DNA of 38,107 nucleotides from Rhabdochlamydiaceae bacterium (GTDB lineage Bacteria; Chlamydiota; Chlamydiia; Chlamydiales; Rhabdochlamydiaceae): NCBI GenBank assembly GCA_044226975.1, contig JBGAFY010000001.1, positions 1 to 38,107 of the forward strand, read 5' to 3'. Shown piece by piece: positions 27,980 to 37,157 of this stretch (position 1 is its first letter; each line of letters starts with the position of its first letter). The notes under the pieces were generated by a model. It saw only the letters and a program-made list of their open reading frames with translations, ran no database searches and was not told where the DNA came from. The position numbers and the translations under genes were made by a program.

Positions 27980-28441
27980 TTATCTTCTTGATTTTCTGTT
28001 ATAACGTCCCATAAGCTCCGCTTCAGCGAGCACATGTCCTTTCATTGCAGCGAGGACTTCTTCTTTAGTGGCTCCAGAAGAAAGTTTAAGATCTGCATCT
28101 AATGCAAAGAGCTTGAAGAAATACCGATGCTCGCGATCAGGTGGACAAGGCCCGTTGTACCCTAAATTCCCACTTGTATTGACCCCTTCGACACCCTGTG
28201 GCTTCATCCCTTCCTGAATTTTTGTGTAAGAGGGTGGAATATTGAAAAGGACCCAGTGGACATACATCCGGTCCTTTCGTACATGTTCTGGAACATCAGG
28301 ATCGTCCATGATAAGGACCAAGCTTTTGGATGCATGAGGAATTTCACTAAATTCCAAAGGAGGGTGTACATTTAAATCATCACAAGTAAAACGATCAGGT
28401 ATTTGTCCTTGATGAGGAAACGCTGAGCTGGAAATTTTCAT
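27980..28441 (-). CDS. YbhB/YbcL-family PEBP (Raf kinase inhibitor-like) protein
   Basis: 153 aa. LIMDDPDVPE, YVHWVLFNIP and GYNGPCPPDREHRYFFKLFALD are characteristic PEBP motifs. Confidence 0.88.
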   Translation of the reverse strand: MKISSSAFPHQGQIPDRFTCDDLNVHPPLEFSEIPHASKSLVLIMDDPDVPEHVRKDRMYVHWVLFNIPPSYTKIQEGMKPQGVEGVNTSGNLGYNGPCPPDREHRYFFKLFALDADLKLSSGATKEEVLAAMKGHVLAEAELMGRYNRKSRR

Positions 28442-28469
28442 ACAAACCCATAGTTACGCATGAAGTCTT

Positions 28470-28967
28470 TTATTTCTTAGGGTATTCTTCTAAGACTTTA
28501 ATGAGAAGAGGCTGGCGCAGATCAAGGAAGGCTTTTCTTGTCGCTTTATCTTCGCCAAAATGAAACCCTAACACCCCGAGCGGCTCTATTCTCCCAGAAG
28601 AGTAAATCATCAACTGCTTTGTAGGGGCTTTTTTTTCGTTCCAGGAAAATTCAACTTCATTTCCTAAAACAATTTTTCTTCCTTCCATGTCTTCTAAAGC
28701 TGGCTCTAAAGTATGGAATATGCAAGTGGCCTTCTCGTCAATTTTTTTCAAATCTACTCGAATGTCAGCGCCCGATGCCATAGCTACAATTTGCGCGGAG
28801 CGTAATGAGGTGAACAAAGATGTGATCCCATGCTCAAACTCTTGTTCACGAACAAAACGCACCATTTTAAAGCCCACCCAGCTTGCCACAGTGCCAATTA
28901 TCAAAAGGCATACCATGATCTCGACTAAGGTGAACCCTCTACGCTTACTTTGAATCGGATTCTTCAT
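28470..28967 (-). CDS. type II secretion pseudopilin (GspH-like minor pseudopilin)
   Basis: From ATG 28967: MKNPIQSKRRGFTLVEIMVCLLIIG, the canonical prepilin G/FTLxE N-methylation motif. The start overlaps the gspG end. Confidence 0.75.
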   Translation of the reverse strand: MKNPIQSKRRGFTLVEIMVCLLIIGTVASWVGFKMVRFVREQEFEHGITSLFTSLRSAQIVAMASGADIRVDLKKIDEKATCIFHTLEPALEDMEGRKIVLGNEVEFSWNEKKAPTKQLMIYSSGRIEPLGVLGFHFGEDKATRKAFLDLRQPLLIKVLEEYPKK

Positions 28968-29326
28968 GCTTGTCATCGTATTCTTTAAGTGCATCCGATT
29001 TAACAATAATATTACGATTGGATCTCCCGTCTGCATCAATCTTAATGGTTCCTCCCCAACCATCGATAAGGATTTTATCTGCTTCTTCTTTAAAGAATGA
29101 TGAATTCGCCAAGATCTCCCCAGCTCTCTCTACCACTTTATCGCGCGTTTTGCTATTTCTAGCTCGAGGACATCTTTAATTTTCTCGATCTGGTCCTTGT
29201 TTTAAAGGCTTTGCCATCTTCAAGTGAGTCTTTCATCTTAAATCCAATCACACTGCCTATTAGGCTAATCAAAAAGATCACGACCATGATCTCGATGAGT
29301 GTTAAGAGCTTTCTTTTCTTTTTCAT
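28945..29326 (-). pseudogene. gspG: major pseudopilin GspG-like, two frame breaks
   Basis: From ATG 29326: MKKKRKLLTLIEIMVVIFLISLIGSVIGFKMKDSLEDGKAFKT, then a shift to DQIEKIKDVLELEIAK, then a second shift to RDKVVERAGEILANSSFF...DGWGGTIKID... Confidence 0.7.
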
Positions 29327-29344
29327 AATTTTCCTCAACGCTTA

Positions 29345-29513
29345 GAGACTGTTAACGGATTCAGAATCTGTGATTTTGGACTTTTTGAGCAAAATTTCTT
29401 TTTTGTTTTGTTGGGGGTTATATCAACTTTTGTATATTACCCCTAACAAAACAAAAGAAATTTTGCCAAAAATTCTCAAAAATCGTCAGAATCCTGAATC
29501 CGTTAACAGTCTC
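29345..29513. mobile_element. 169-bp MITE-like hairpin element (type A, long form), copy 2
   Basis: Termini GAGACTGTTAACGGATTCAGAATCTG... / ...CAGAATCCTGAATCCGTTAACAGTCTC. Inner arms CTTTTTTGTTTTGTT / AACAAAACAAAAG close the core at 29413-29443. Flanked by the direct repeat CTTA (29341-29344 and 29514-29517). Confidence 0.75.
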
Positions 29514-30696
29514 CTTAGGTTCCTAAAAAATGACTGCACATCCGTAAGTGGCAGTAATACTGCCAGAATCACCATACCTACAACAGCTCCAAGCAAGATC
29601 AGCAGGGCGGGCTGTAAAAAAGTGGTGAACTTGATCAAGTCTCTTTCGAGATTTTGCTCGGTCAATTTGGAAAAAACTCTCAAACATTTTACCTAGATCT
29701 CCCGTCTCTTCGCCAATAGCGCACATACGAGATAATAAAGGGGGAAAGTTTTGGGAGCGCTGGAGCTGCAAACTCAGTTTTTCACCTTCTAATATCCTTT
29801 TCTGCTTCTTCCATGTCAAGCTGCATTGCAGGGATCTTTAAAGCTTCTTTTGATAGTCGCAAAGCGTCTGGGAAGTGACAGGCCGCTATAGAGTAGCATA
29901 GAAAGACAAAACTAAAGCGAGTTAAAGCTGCCTGGCTGATCAAATTTTTATGAGGGGCGTCACAAGCAGCAAGCTCATATCCCTTTTTTTTCACCGCGGG
30001 CAATCTTTTGGCCCAGATAAGGATTCCCACACATATTGAAACACTGATCGCTATTGCTTGTATCCTATGCTTTAAAAATGCGCTTAAATCAAAGACGAAC
30101 CGAGTTATCGGTTGCATCTGTCTCCTTCAAATAGTTCGGCCATCATTGGAACAGCAAATAAAAGAAGTCCTAATGTGAGTGCCAGACAAAAATTCCGAGA
30201 AAGATGGGGTAAGCTGCAGCAGAAGTTAAGGTCTTGCGCAGCTTTCTTTGCTTCTAACAACGCTGTCAAACGAGAAAAAACTAAAGGCAACGCGCCACTA
30301 GACTCGGCCGCCTGCACCATGCTCAAGCAAACGGCATCAAAACGAGTGGAAAACGCTGAAGGGCCTTAGAGAGCGATGCGCCATTTTTAAGTTGATCGCA
30401 TAATTTCAAAAACACGCGGTGATCTTTGCGACCGCGGAATTTTTCTTCTATTGTCACAAGTGACTCATATAAAGGGAGTCCTGCTTGTAACAATTGGGAA
30501 AGGTCTCTAGTAAAAAGCTAATAGAGCCTGATGAGAGCTTTAAGTTCTCCGTTGTCCGGTGCAAAGGCTTGACGTCGATCACTGGAAGTTGCATTGTTCG
30601 CAGTCTATCTTTTGCAGCATCAAACGAGTCTGCATCGATAATCCTGCGGATTACTTTTCCTGATTCGGAATAAGCTCGATATTGAAAAAGGGCCAT
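29486..30696 (-). pseudogene. gspF: type II secretion platform protein GspF, multiply frameshifted
   Basis: GspF-like pieces lie in at least six frames or fragments: MALFQYRAYSESGKVIRRIIDADSFDAAKDRL..., ...MVQAAESSGALPLVFSRLTALLE..., ...MCAIGEETGDLGKMFE..., ...FLQPALLILLGAVVGMVILAVLLPL. The last codons and the stop lie inside the MITE. Confidence 0.75.
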
Positions 30697-30700
30697 GAAC

Positions 30701-32290
30701 CTATCCCACTAATTTTTTAGCCAATTTCTTCTGAACGACGTGTGACGCGCAAAACTTCTGCACCGAAGTGTGTCCCTGATTACGAGCTTTGCCTTCGTTG
30801 CGGAGAGCAGAGACATCCCGCATTCGATAGCGACGCGTTGTAACTCGAGTGCATCTGCGCTTTTGGAGGAGCTGCCGTTTGATCGGTGATGCCATGACCA
30901 TCAATTCATAAATTCCAATTCGGCCTTTATATCCTGATCCAAAGCACTGTGGGCACCCTTCTGACTTGCAAAATCGAAGTTCTTTTATCTGTATGAGTGA
31001 TTCCCAAGTCTCGTAATTCTTCTTCTTTGGGAACATACTCTGTTTTGCACACCAAGCAGTTCGTGCGTAAAAGACGTTGGGCCAAAACACCGACGACCGA
31101 GGATGACAACAAATAGGGTTCTATTCCCATTTCAACAAGGCGAGTCAATGCTGAAGGGGCATCATTGGTATGCAAAGTGCTTAAGACCAAGTGGCCAGTC
31201 AATGAAGCTTGGATGGCGATCTCAGCCGTTTCTCGATCGCGGATCTCTCCGATCATGATCACGTCAGGATCTTGTCTTAGAATATGTTTGAGCCCTGTGG
31301 CAAAATTCCAAAGAGATTTTCGGATTAACACCAATCTGTGCGATCTGAGATAATTTATACTCGACAGGATCCTCAACAGTCATAATATTGGATTCTGAAG
31401 AGCTAATTCCGATACAGCGGAATATAACGTCGTTGTCTTACCACTTCCTGTAGGACCAGTGACTAATACAATTCCTTCGTTAAGTTGGATCAGCTGGCGA
31501 AAATCGCTAAAATTTTTTCGCTCATGCCGATGCGGTCCAAGCCTAAAACGACATTACCCTTGTCGAGAATTCGTAGTACAATCCGCTCTCCGTATACTAC
31601 CGGAACTGTGCTCATGCGGAAGTCGATCTCGCGCTTACCAACTTGTAGCTTAATGCGACCATCTTGAGGGGCAAACGGTGCTCAGCAATGTCGAGCTGCG
31701 CCATCACTTTAAGCCTAGTGATCAATTGTAAATGATATTCCTTGGGCGGGGCGGTGTCTTTTTTGCAGAACGCCATCGATACGATAGCGGACCTCTAGTC
31801 CTGTTTCAAAAGGTTCAAAATGGATATCAGAAGCCCCCTGCTGAATTGCTTCTAACATTACTGCATTGAGGATGTGACGATGGGCGAGTCGGACTTCTGC
31901 TCAATGATATTCTCGCTTTCACTTTTTGTTTGAGCTCTAGGGTCTCCTCCTAGTAAACTCAGCGATCACATCAGATGCAGCGCCTTGTTGAGGATGATAA
32001 ACTCTCTGGAATCGCATTCGATCACTTCGCGCGGGCTTAGAATTTCTTGAATTTGCGCTTCTAGGAAACTTGAGGTCCTCAATGGTCTCACAATCACAGG
32101 GTCAGCCATAGCAACAAGCACCTTGCCTTCTTTTTTCTTCTAGAGGAAGTACGCAGCGTTGTTTAGCAAAAGAATAGGGAATGTGGGCTATAGCATTGAT
32201 GACAAAAGGGTATCCTGTCAGTTTTTTTTCGATGGAGATCCCTAATTTTCTTGAGAGGGATTCCAGATCTGGCTGAGATGAGATAACCAT
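30701..32290 (-). pseudogene. gspE: type II secretion ATPase GspE, multiply frameshifted
   Basis: GspE motifs are recoverable only by repeated frame changes: VAMADP, ASDIHFEPFE..VRYRIDGVL, QDGRIKLQVGKREIDFRMSTVP, Walker [11 protein letters not shown] (31428-31457), [39 protein letters not shown] and [18 protein letters not shown]. Confidence 0.8.
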
Positions 32291-32293
32291 TTC

Positions 32294-34636
32294 TTAAGGT
32301 CCCATGATCACTTTTAGACTGTTGACGAAAAATCTTTTTCGATCTTTCTCTCTGGACTCCGCGACCTTCTCCAAAAATTCAGGAAGATCGCCGGGGCGTA
32401 TTTTTAGTTCCTCAGTACGCAAACGGATGAGCTCTTCACGTGCATCCAGAACAATTTTTGGAGTAATAAAGAAGATCATTTCTGTGTTACTGTCCGTAAG
32501 GCGGGTTGCGCCAAAAAGTTTGCCAATACCGGGAATTTCACCGAGGAATGGGATCTTTTCTTCAGTATCATGGCTCGTTTTTCTACGTAAGCCGCCAAGG
32601 ATTACGGTTTGCCCATCGACGACGCGAACTTCATTCTCAATGTGTCGTTTGTCAACTAGCGGCCTGTCATCTAAACTCGGTTTGGTCGTATCAAAAGTAA
32701 TATTGGTCTGCAGAGTGACAAAGCCTTTTTCCTCGCCTTGGGCTTCAGAGGGGTCGACGACATGGATAGTCGGGGTTATCACAATCGTTATACCATATTG
32801 GGCGCGTGAGAATGACTTCTCAAAAGCGATCTGACCAGAACTGGTATTAATTGGCGCTGCGCCGTTGTTAATCGAAATTTCCTCAACAATTGAGATGGTC
32901 GCTGGAGTTTGATTGACAGTGATAACAGAAGGGGCAGCATTGAGCTGAATGTCTTCTTGAGTCATCATAAAACTATAAGCAATGTCAAAGGCAGGAAAAT
33001 GTTTGCTTTTATGGCCACTGAAGAAAAATTGGAGGACGCCATCAGGGAAATGGGATTTCTCACCTTTGAAATGATGAAAGCCCAAAAGTTTCGATTCAAA
33101 GATCGCAAAATCTTCTTTAGAGCCGAGTTTGAGCAAGTTCAATCCAAAATTATTTTGCTCATGCAGTCTGCGCTCAAAGAGCAACACTTCGATCTGTACC
33201 ATTTTTTTGGGAACATCAAGACGGCGTAGTAGATCTTTTATCTTTTGCAGAGCATCTCGACGCACTACCATGAGGACCGTCCCTGTTTTTGGATCAGGGA
33301 TAAAATGATCAGAACCTTGGTTCACTTCGAGTTGGGCATTGACCTCCGGCCTTACAGTTGGGGGAGGGGGAACGACTAGCGGAGGAACATTTGGGGGATA
33401 TCCTTCTGGTAATTTAGATGGCGGATTCCCTTGGGAAGTAAAATTCGCATCGAACACATCTTTCACCCCTTCATCGGAAGATGACAAAAGAGAAGAATAT
33501 ACTTTTTCAAGGAGCGCTGAAAGATCTGTAGGGTCGCTATGGCGGCAGGGATATAAATAAACAGTCATCTCACTTGGATCTTGCAACTGATCTTCAGTAT
33601 CCTTTACGAGCCGTTCTGCGCGATCCACCACTTCCTGCTGTCCAATAAGCACAAGTGATTTTCCTTGTCCTAAGGTGTGGATCGACAGCCCTTCTTGATC
33701 AGCTCGGCCAAAAGGAGGGCGGCTCCGTTCTACACCTTCCCCAAAAAACGATTGAAGGATTTTTTCCATTTCCTTCGCATTCATTTTGGTCACAGAGATA
33801 ACTTTAACAACTTTGCCCTTAGGGTCTTCCCATATGGTATTGTAAAGAGTGAGTAATTTTTCAACTTCATCACGTGAGGAAACTAACGCAATTTTTCTTC
33901 CCACTTGATAGACAAACGTATGCTTGGCATCGGCAAATCGTTCAAAAAAAACTAAAACTCCCCTTATGCTTTCTAGTGGGGGTGAAAGGATATAACAAAT
34001 CCTCGATTGAGGAGCAGCAATTGCAAGATCGGCGGGATTTGCTATAATCCTTTGTACAGATGCGGGTTCCATCTTTAGAACAAAAAGCTGATGGGCATAA
34101 GCATTGAGCTTCTTTACACCAATTCCATTGTGGGAGAGCAGGATTTCAAGCATGCTCGGCCACGATTCTCTTGGAATCGGGATGTTGGAATGCATGTTCA
34201 ATTTGAGCTGGCTAAGCTCTGTAGGAATCACATACAAAAAGTCACTCGCTCCATATTCCATGATCAACTGAGAAAGTGTAGTTTCTTCCTGGTCCCACAT
34301 GGCGTAGCCTTCTTCCTCTTTTTTTCCTTCTTGCAAAGAAAGAGCATGCCATTTTTCTTCCACTTCAACAATTTGGGTACGGATATCATTGACTTTCTGG
34401 AGAAGACCTTGAAATTGCTTTTCGCCTGCTCCTGCTTTCACAAGCGCATTTACTTCTGCATAGCAAGCTTCTAACTCTGCGCGCAACGATGGGAGTTGCT
34501 TGTTCACTTCATAAAGGAATTCTGCGGGATTTTGAGAGCCATTCAAGGTCAAAGAGGCTTTTTTTTCCTCAATAGTTTGAGCATTGGCTCCAGTAATGAA
34601 CCCAATGAAAAAGAGGAAGGAAATCACGCAATTCAT
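32294..34636 (-). CDS. gspD: type II secretion outer-membrane secretin GspD
   Basis: 780 aa, uninterrupted. Signal peptide MNCVISFLFFIGFITGANA. C-terminal secretin domain VVDGQTVILGGL...IPFLGEIPGIGKLFG...EMIFFITPKIV. Confidence 0.9.
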   Translation of the reverse strand: MNCVISFLFFIGFITGANAQTIEEKKASLTLNGSQNPAEFLYEVNKQLPSLRAELEACYAEVNALVKAGAGEKQFQGLLQKVNDIRTQIVEVEEKWHALSLQEGKKEEEGYAMWDQEETTLSQLIMEYGASDFLYVIPTELSQLKLNMHSNIPIPRESWPSMLEILLSHNGIGVKKLNAYAHQLFVLKMEPASVQRIIANPADLAIAAPQSRICYILSPPLESIRGVLVFFERFADAKHTFVYQVGRKIALVSSRDEVEKLLTLYNTIWEDPKGKVVKVISVTKMNAKEMEKILQSFFGEGVERSRPPFGRADQEGLSIHTLGQGKSLVLIGQQEVVDRAERLVKDTEDQLQDPSEMTVYLYPCRHSDPTDLSALLEKVYSSLLSSSDEGVKDVFDANFTSQGNPPSKLPEGYPPNVPPLVVPPPPTVRPEVNAQLEVNQGSDHFIPDPKTGTVLMVVRRDALQKIKDLLRRLDVPKKMVQIEVLLFERRLHEQNNFGLNLLKLGSKEDFAIFESKLLGFHHFKGEKSHFPDGVLQFFFSGHKSKHFPAFDIAYSFMMTQEDIQLNAAPSVITVNQTPATISIVEEISINNGAAPINTSSGQIAFEKSFSRAQYGITIVITPTIHVVDPSEAQGEEKGFVTLQTNITFDTTKPSLDDRPLVDKRHIENEVRVVDGQTVILGGLRRKTSHDTEEKIPFLGEIPGIGKLFGATRLTDSNTEMIFFITPKIVLDAREELIRLRTEELKIRPGDLPEFLEKVAESREKDRKRFFVNSLKVIMGP

Positions 34637-35937
34637 ATTTTTCCTCCCAACGTATTGAGATAGCTCGGCCTTCGCTTACGCTGTTTTACTTGCGTGCGTT
34701 GTTCATTTACGACAGTCCATTGAACGGGAGAACAAACAGAGCGTGCCTCGTCAAACCAGTGGCCTCTGATCATGAGCTTATTTTCGTCTTGGAACACTTG
34801 ATCAAAAATTAATAGCTCTCCATTGAGAGAACGATTGATGATCCCATCGACTTCTGAAAGCCGCCTAATTACTCTCCATCCTTTTTGAGTCTTTAACAGC
34901 CAGTCTCCTTCACGCACCAAGATACGCCGTTTGCCTGCTAGACATGAGAACTGCTGATGTGTTTTGGGGCGGAAAGTAGTGAAAATATTTTCTATTTTAC
35001 TTCCAGAAGGTTTCGAATATTCTTTTCCTAAGTGTATTTTGCCCCAACCAAACCCGGACTCATCCCAAACCTCAATTTCAGCACCTTCCTCGCTAATAGC
35101 TTTGACACGTGCAAGAGGTTTACCTTTGCATGCATCATCAAGCATTGTTGCCTTCCACTCGCGATTTTCCCATTTAAGGAAATCTCCTGCGCCAACAAAT
35201 TGCACTGAGGCCTCTCGCCCTTCCTTAAAACGGATAACACTTTTGTTTTTCAAAGAAAGCAAAGCGGCCCCGCTATATTTTTCGAGTAAAAGATCACGAC
35301 CTAAAAATTTTCCTTGAGAGATGATGTGGTGGTAATCTAAGCCAGCCATTTTCTCTTCGGTCTTATTTTCAGATAGCGTCACTATTTCTTGGTCTTGACG
35401 CTTCATCACCAAGCTGTTCCGCGCGACAGACTCTTCAAACGTACATTCTATTAAAGTTCGGGCCTGGTCCAAAATTAATGGTCGGATGCAGAGAGGAGTC
35501 TTTTCATTTGTAAAAATTAATCTCGAACTTCCATCACCGGAGTCCTCATGAGCTAAAAACACAATTTCCCCATTGGTTAAGGTCTTTTTTTGGCCAGAAA
35601 GATTAAGCTCAAGAACAATACATGGATCGCTTCTTAAAAGATCAGGACGTGTAGAAACAGCTAACACGTTGAGCTCTTTAAAAATCTCTAAAGAAAAACT
35701 TGCTCGTTGTTTGCCGCTGAGCGAGAACATCCCAGATGAGATCATATCGGCATTTTCTTTCAGCTCAAATTGAGACGATCCTTGCCTCAATGCATTCGCC
35801 CTGCCATTAATGGACTGATAAGAGAAAAGACTCCATCCGTACCAACCAAGGAGCAGGCAGCAAAGTAGAATAGCAAAAGGAAATGACCGATCAAGCATTC
35901 GGTCCCATCTCCAAAGCGAAGACGGAGTTACAATCAC
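34633..35937 (-). CDS. membrane-anchored hypothetical protein at the head of the gsp operon (possible GspC analogue)
   Basis: 434 aa. 4-bp overlap with the gspD start. N-terminal TM FPFAILLCCLLLGWYGWSLF. GTG start at 35937, or ATG at 35898. The GspC role is assigned from position only. Confidence 0.55.
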   Translation of the reverse strand: MIVTPSSLWRWDRMLDRSFPFAILLCCLLLGWYGWSLFSYQSINGRANALRQGSSQFELKENADMISSGMFSLSGKQRASFSLEIFKELNVLAVSTRPDLLRSDPCIVLELNLSGQKKTLTNGEIVFLAHEDSGDGSSRLIFTNEKTPLCIRPLILDQARTLIECTFEESVARNSLVMKRQDQEIVTLSENKTEEKMAGLDYHHIISQGKFLGRDLLLEKYSGAALLSLKNKSVIRFKEGREASVQFVGAGDFLKWENREWKATMLDDACKGKPLARVKAISEEGAEIEVWDESGFGWGKIHLGKEYSKPSGSKIENIFTTFRPKTHQQFSCLAGKRRILVREGDWLLKTQKGWRVIRRLSEVDGIINRSLNGELLIFDQVFQDENKLMIRGHWFDEARSVCSPVQWTVVNEQRTQVKQRKRRPSYLNTLGGKI

Positions 35938-36056
35938 TTTTCCACCTCTCTAAAGACTAGAAAGCATGGGGAAGAATAGATAATCCCTAAAAAAAACTCA
36001 AAGAGAATGAACTAAGACGTTAAAAGTAATTTGAAAGCAGGCACAAAATAAGAATG

Positions 36057-36410
36057 CTAATCGTTGTGCTCGATTTTTCGTCGAAACTTCTTTTTCTCTG
36101 AGTGCTTACTTTTTTTTCGTAGGCCTTCTTCTTTTTTACTACGAGAAATACGCGTAGGAATGCGTTTTGGCGGGCGATAATTTAGGCGTTCCACTTTCTC
36201 TCGCAATTTCTTTAAACAGATCATTTTATTGAGAAATTGACTTCTCTCTTCCTGGCAAGTGACGACTATTCCACAAGGCCGATAAGTCAAACGAACAGCG
36301 CTATCAGTGGTATTGACATGTTGTCCACCACTTCCACTAGCACGAAAAGTGTCTACATCACAAAGGGCAAGCAATTCTTCGTCTGATTCAGGCAAAATAA
36401 TTTTATTCAT
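36057..36410 (-). CDS. arfB: alternative ribosome-rescue factor ArfB (GGQ peptidyl-tRNA hydrolase)
   Basis: From ATG 36410: [43 protein letters not shown]..., followed by a basic C-terminal tail ([26 protein letters not shown]). The 18-codon extension in the track ORF is encoded by the adjacent repeat arm. Confidence 0.8.
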   Translation of the reverse strand: MNKIILPESDEELLALCDVDTFRASGSGGQHVNTTDSAVRLTYRPCGIVVTCQEERSQFLNKMICLKKLREKVERLNYRPPKRIPTRISRSKKEEGLRKKSKHSEKKKFRRKIEHND

Positions 36411-36419
36411 GGGCTTAAT

Positions 36420-36583
36420 ATACCAATTATCAGAAATAATCTGCATTTTTGGAACATCGCGCATCCTTGTCTGCAGCGTTGCTCATTTGCGCAAATAGTG
36501 CAGGACCATTTGCTGCAAATGGTCCTCTTGCAGCCAAGGCGATCGAGACCCCAAAAATGCAGATTATTTCTGATAATTGGTAT
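36420..36583. mobile_element. 164-bp foldback element with 33-bp perfect terminal inverted repeats (type C)
   Basis: ATACCAATTATCAGAAATAATCTGCATTTTTGG (36420-36452) is the exact reverse complement of 36551-36583. The interior holds nested palindromes (ATTTGCGCAAAT; AGGACCATTTG-CTG-CAAATGGTCCT). Confidence 0.7.
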
Positions 36584-36719
36584 TTATAGACTGTTCCAAA
36601 ATCCAACTTTTTAATCTCATTCGATTTATTTTATTTTACCATATTGATTAAAAATTAGTGAGAAGATTAGATTGCAATTTTAGAGACTGTCTCTTACAAA
36701 TAAAATTTATTGGTGAGTC

Positions 36720-37103
36720 ATGGATGGACATAAGAAAGAAGGAGTTTCTGTGAAAGAGATCGAATCATATGCGAAAAAACACCGTTTTGAAGTTTTTTTC
36801 TGCATGCTGTTTGTCTTAGCATTACTGTTCAGCTTTGTATTTTTTGGAGTTGTTTGGGCTGTATTTGCAGTGATGGTAGGTGGAATTATAGGAGTGCTTC
36901 TCTCAGAGAAAGTCGAAGAAATAGCCGCATCAATCATGGGTTTCTTCTTTCGTCAGGAAAAAACGACTCAGCTCGTACTTGCTGGCGTGTCGATGATCCT
37001 AGCGATTTTTCTACCCCCGCTTATCTTCCTTTTGGTTGGAGCGCATGGTGGAATCCATATGAGACAAATGGCGATGGAACTGGGCCAAATCAAGAAAGAT
37101 TAG
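36720..37103 (+). CDS. small membrane protein (about three TM helices)
   Basis: 127-aa ORF with hydrophobic stretches FFCMLFVLALLFSFVFFGVVWAVFAVMVGGIIGVLL and LVLAGVSMILAIFLPPLIFLLVG. It is followed by a good terminator. Confidence 0.6.
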   Translation: MDGHKKEGVSVKEIESYAKKHRFEVFFCMLFVLALLFSFVFFGVVWAVFAVMVGGIIGVLLSEKVEEIAASIMGFFFRQEKTTQLVLAGVSMILAIFLPPLIFLLVGAHGGIHMRQMAMELGQIKKD

Positions 37104-37121
37104 CCCCCCTTTTATAATTTT

Positions 37122-37157
37122 AAGACCTCTGCGTAACAAGAGGTCTTTTCATTTTTT
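37122..37157 (+). terminator. rho-independent terminator
   Basis: 9-bp stem AAGACCTCT / AGAGGTCTT with an 8-nt loop, followed by TTCATTTTTT. It lies 19 nt after the stop at 37103. Confidence 0.6.
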
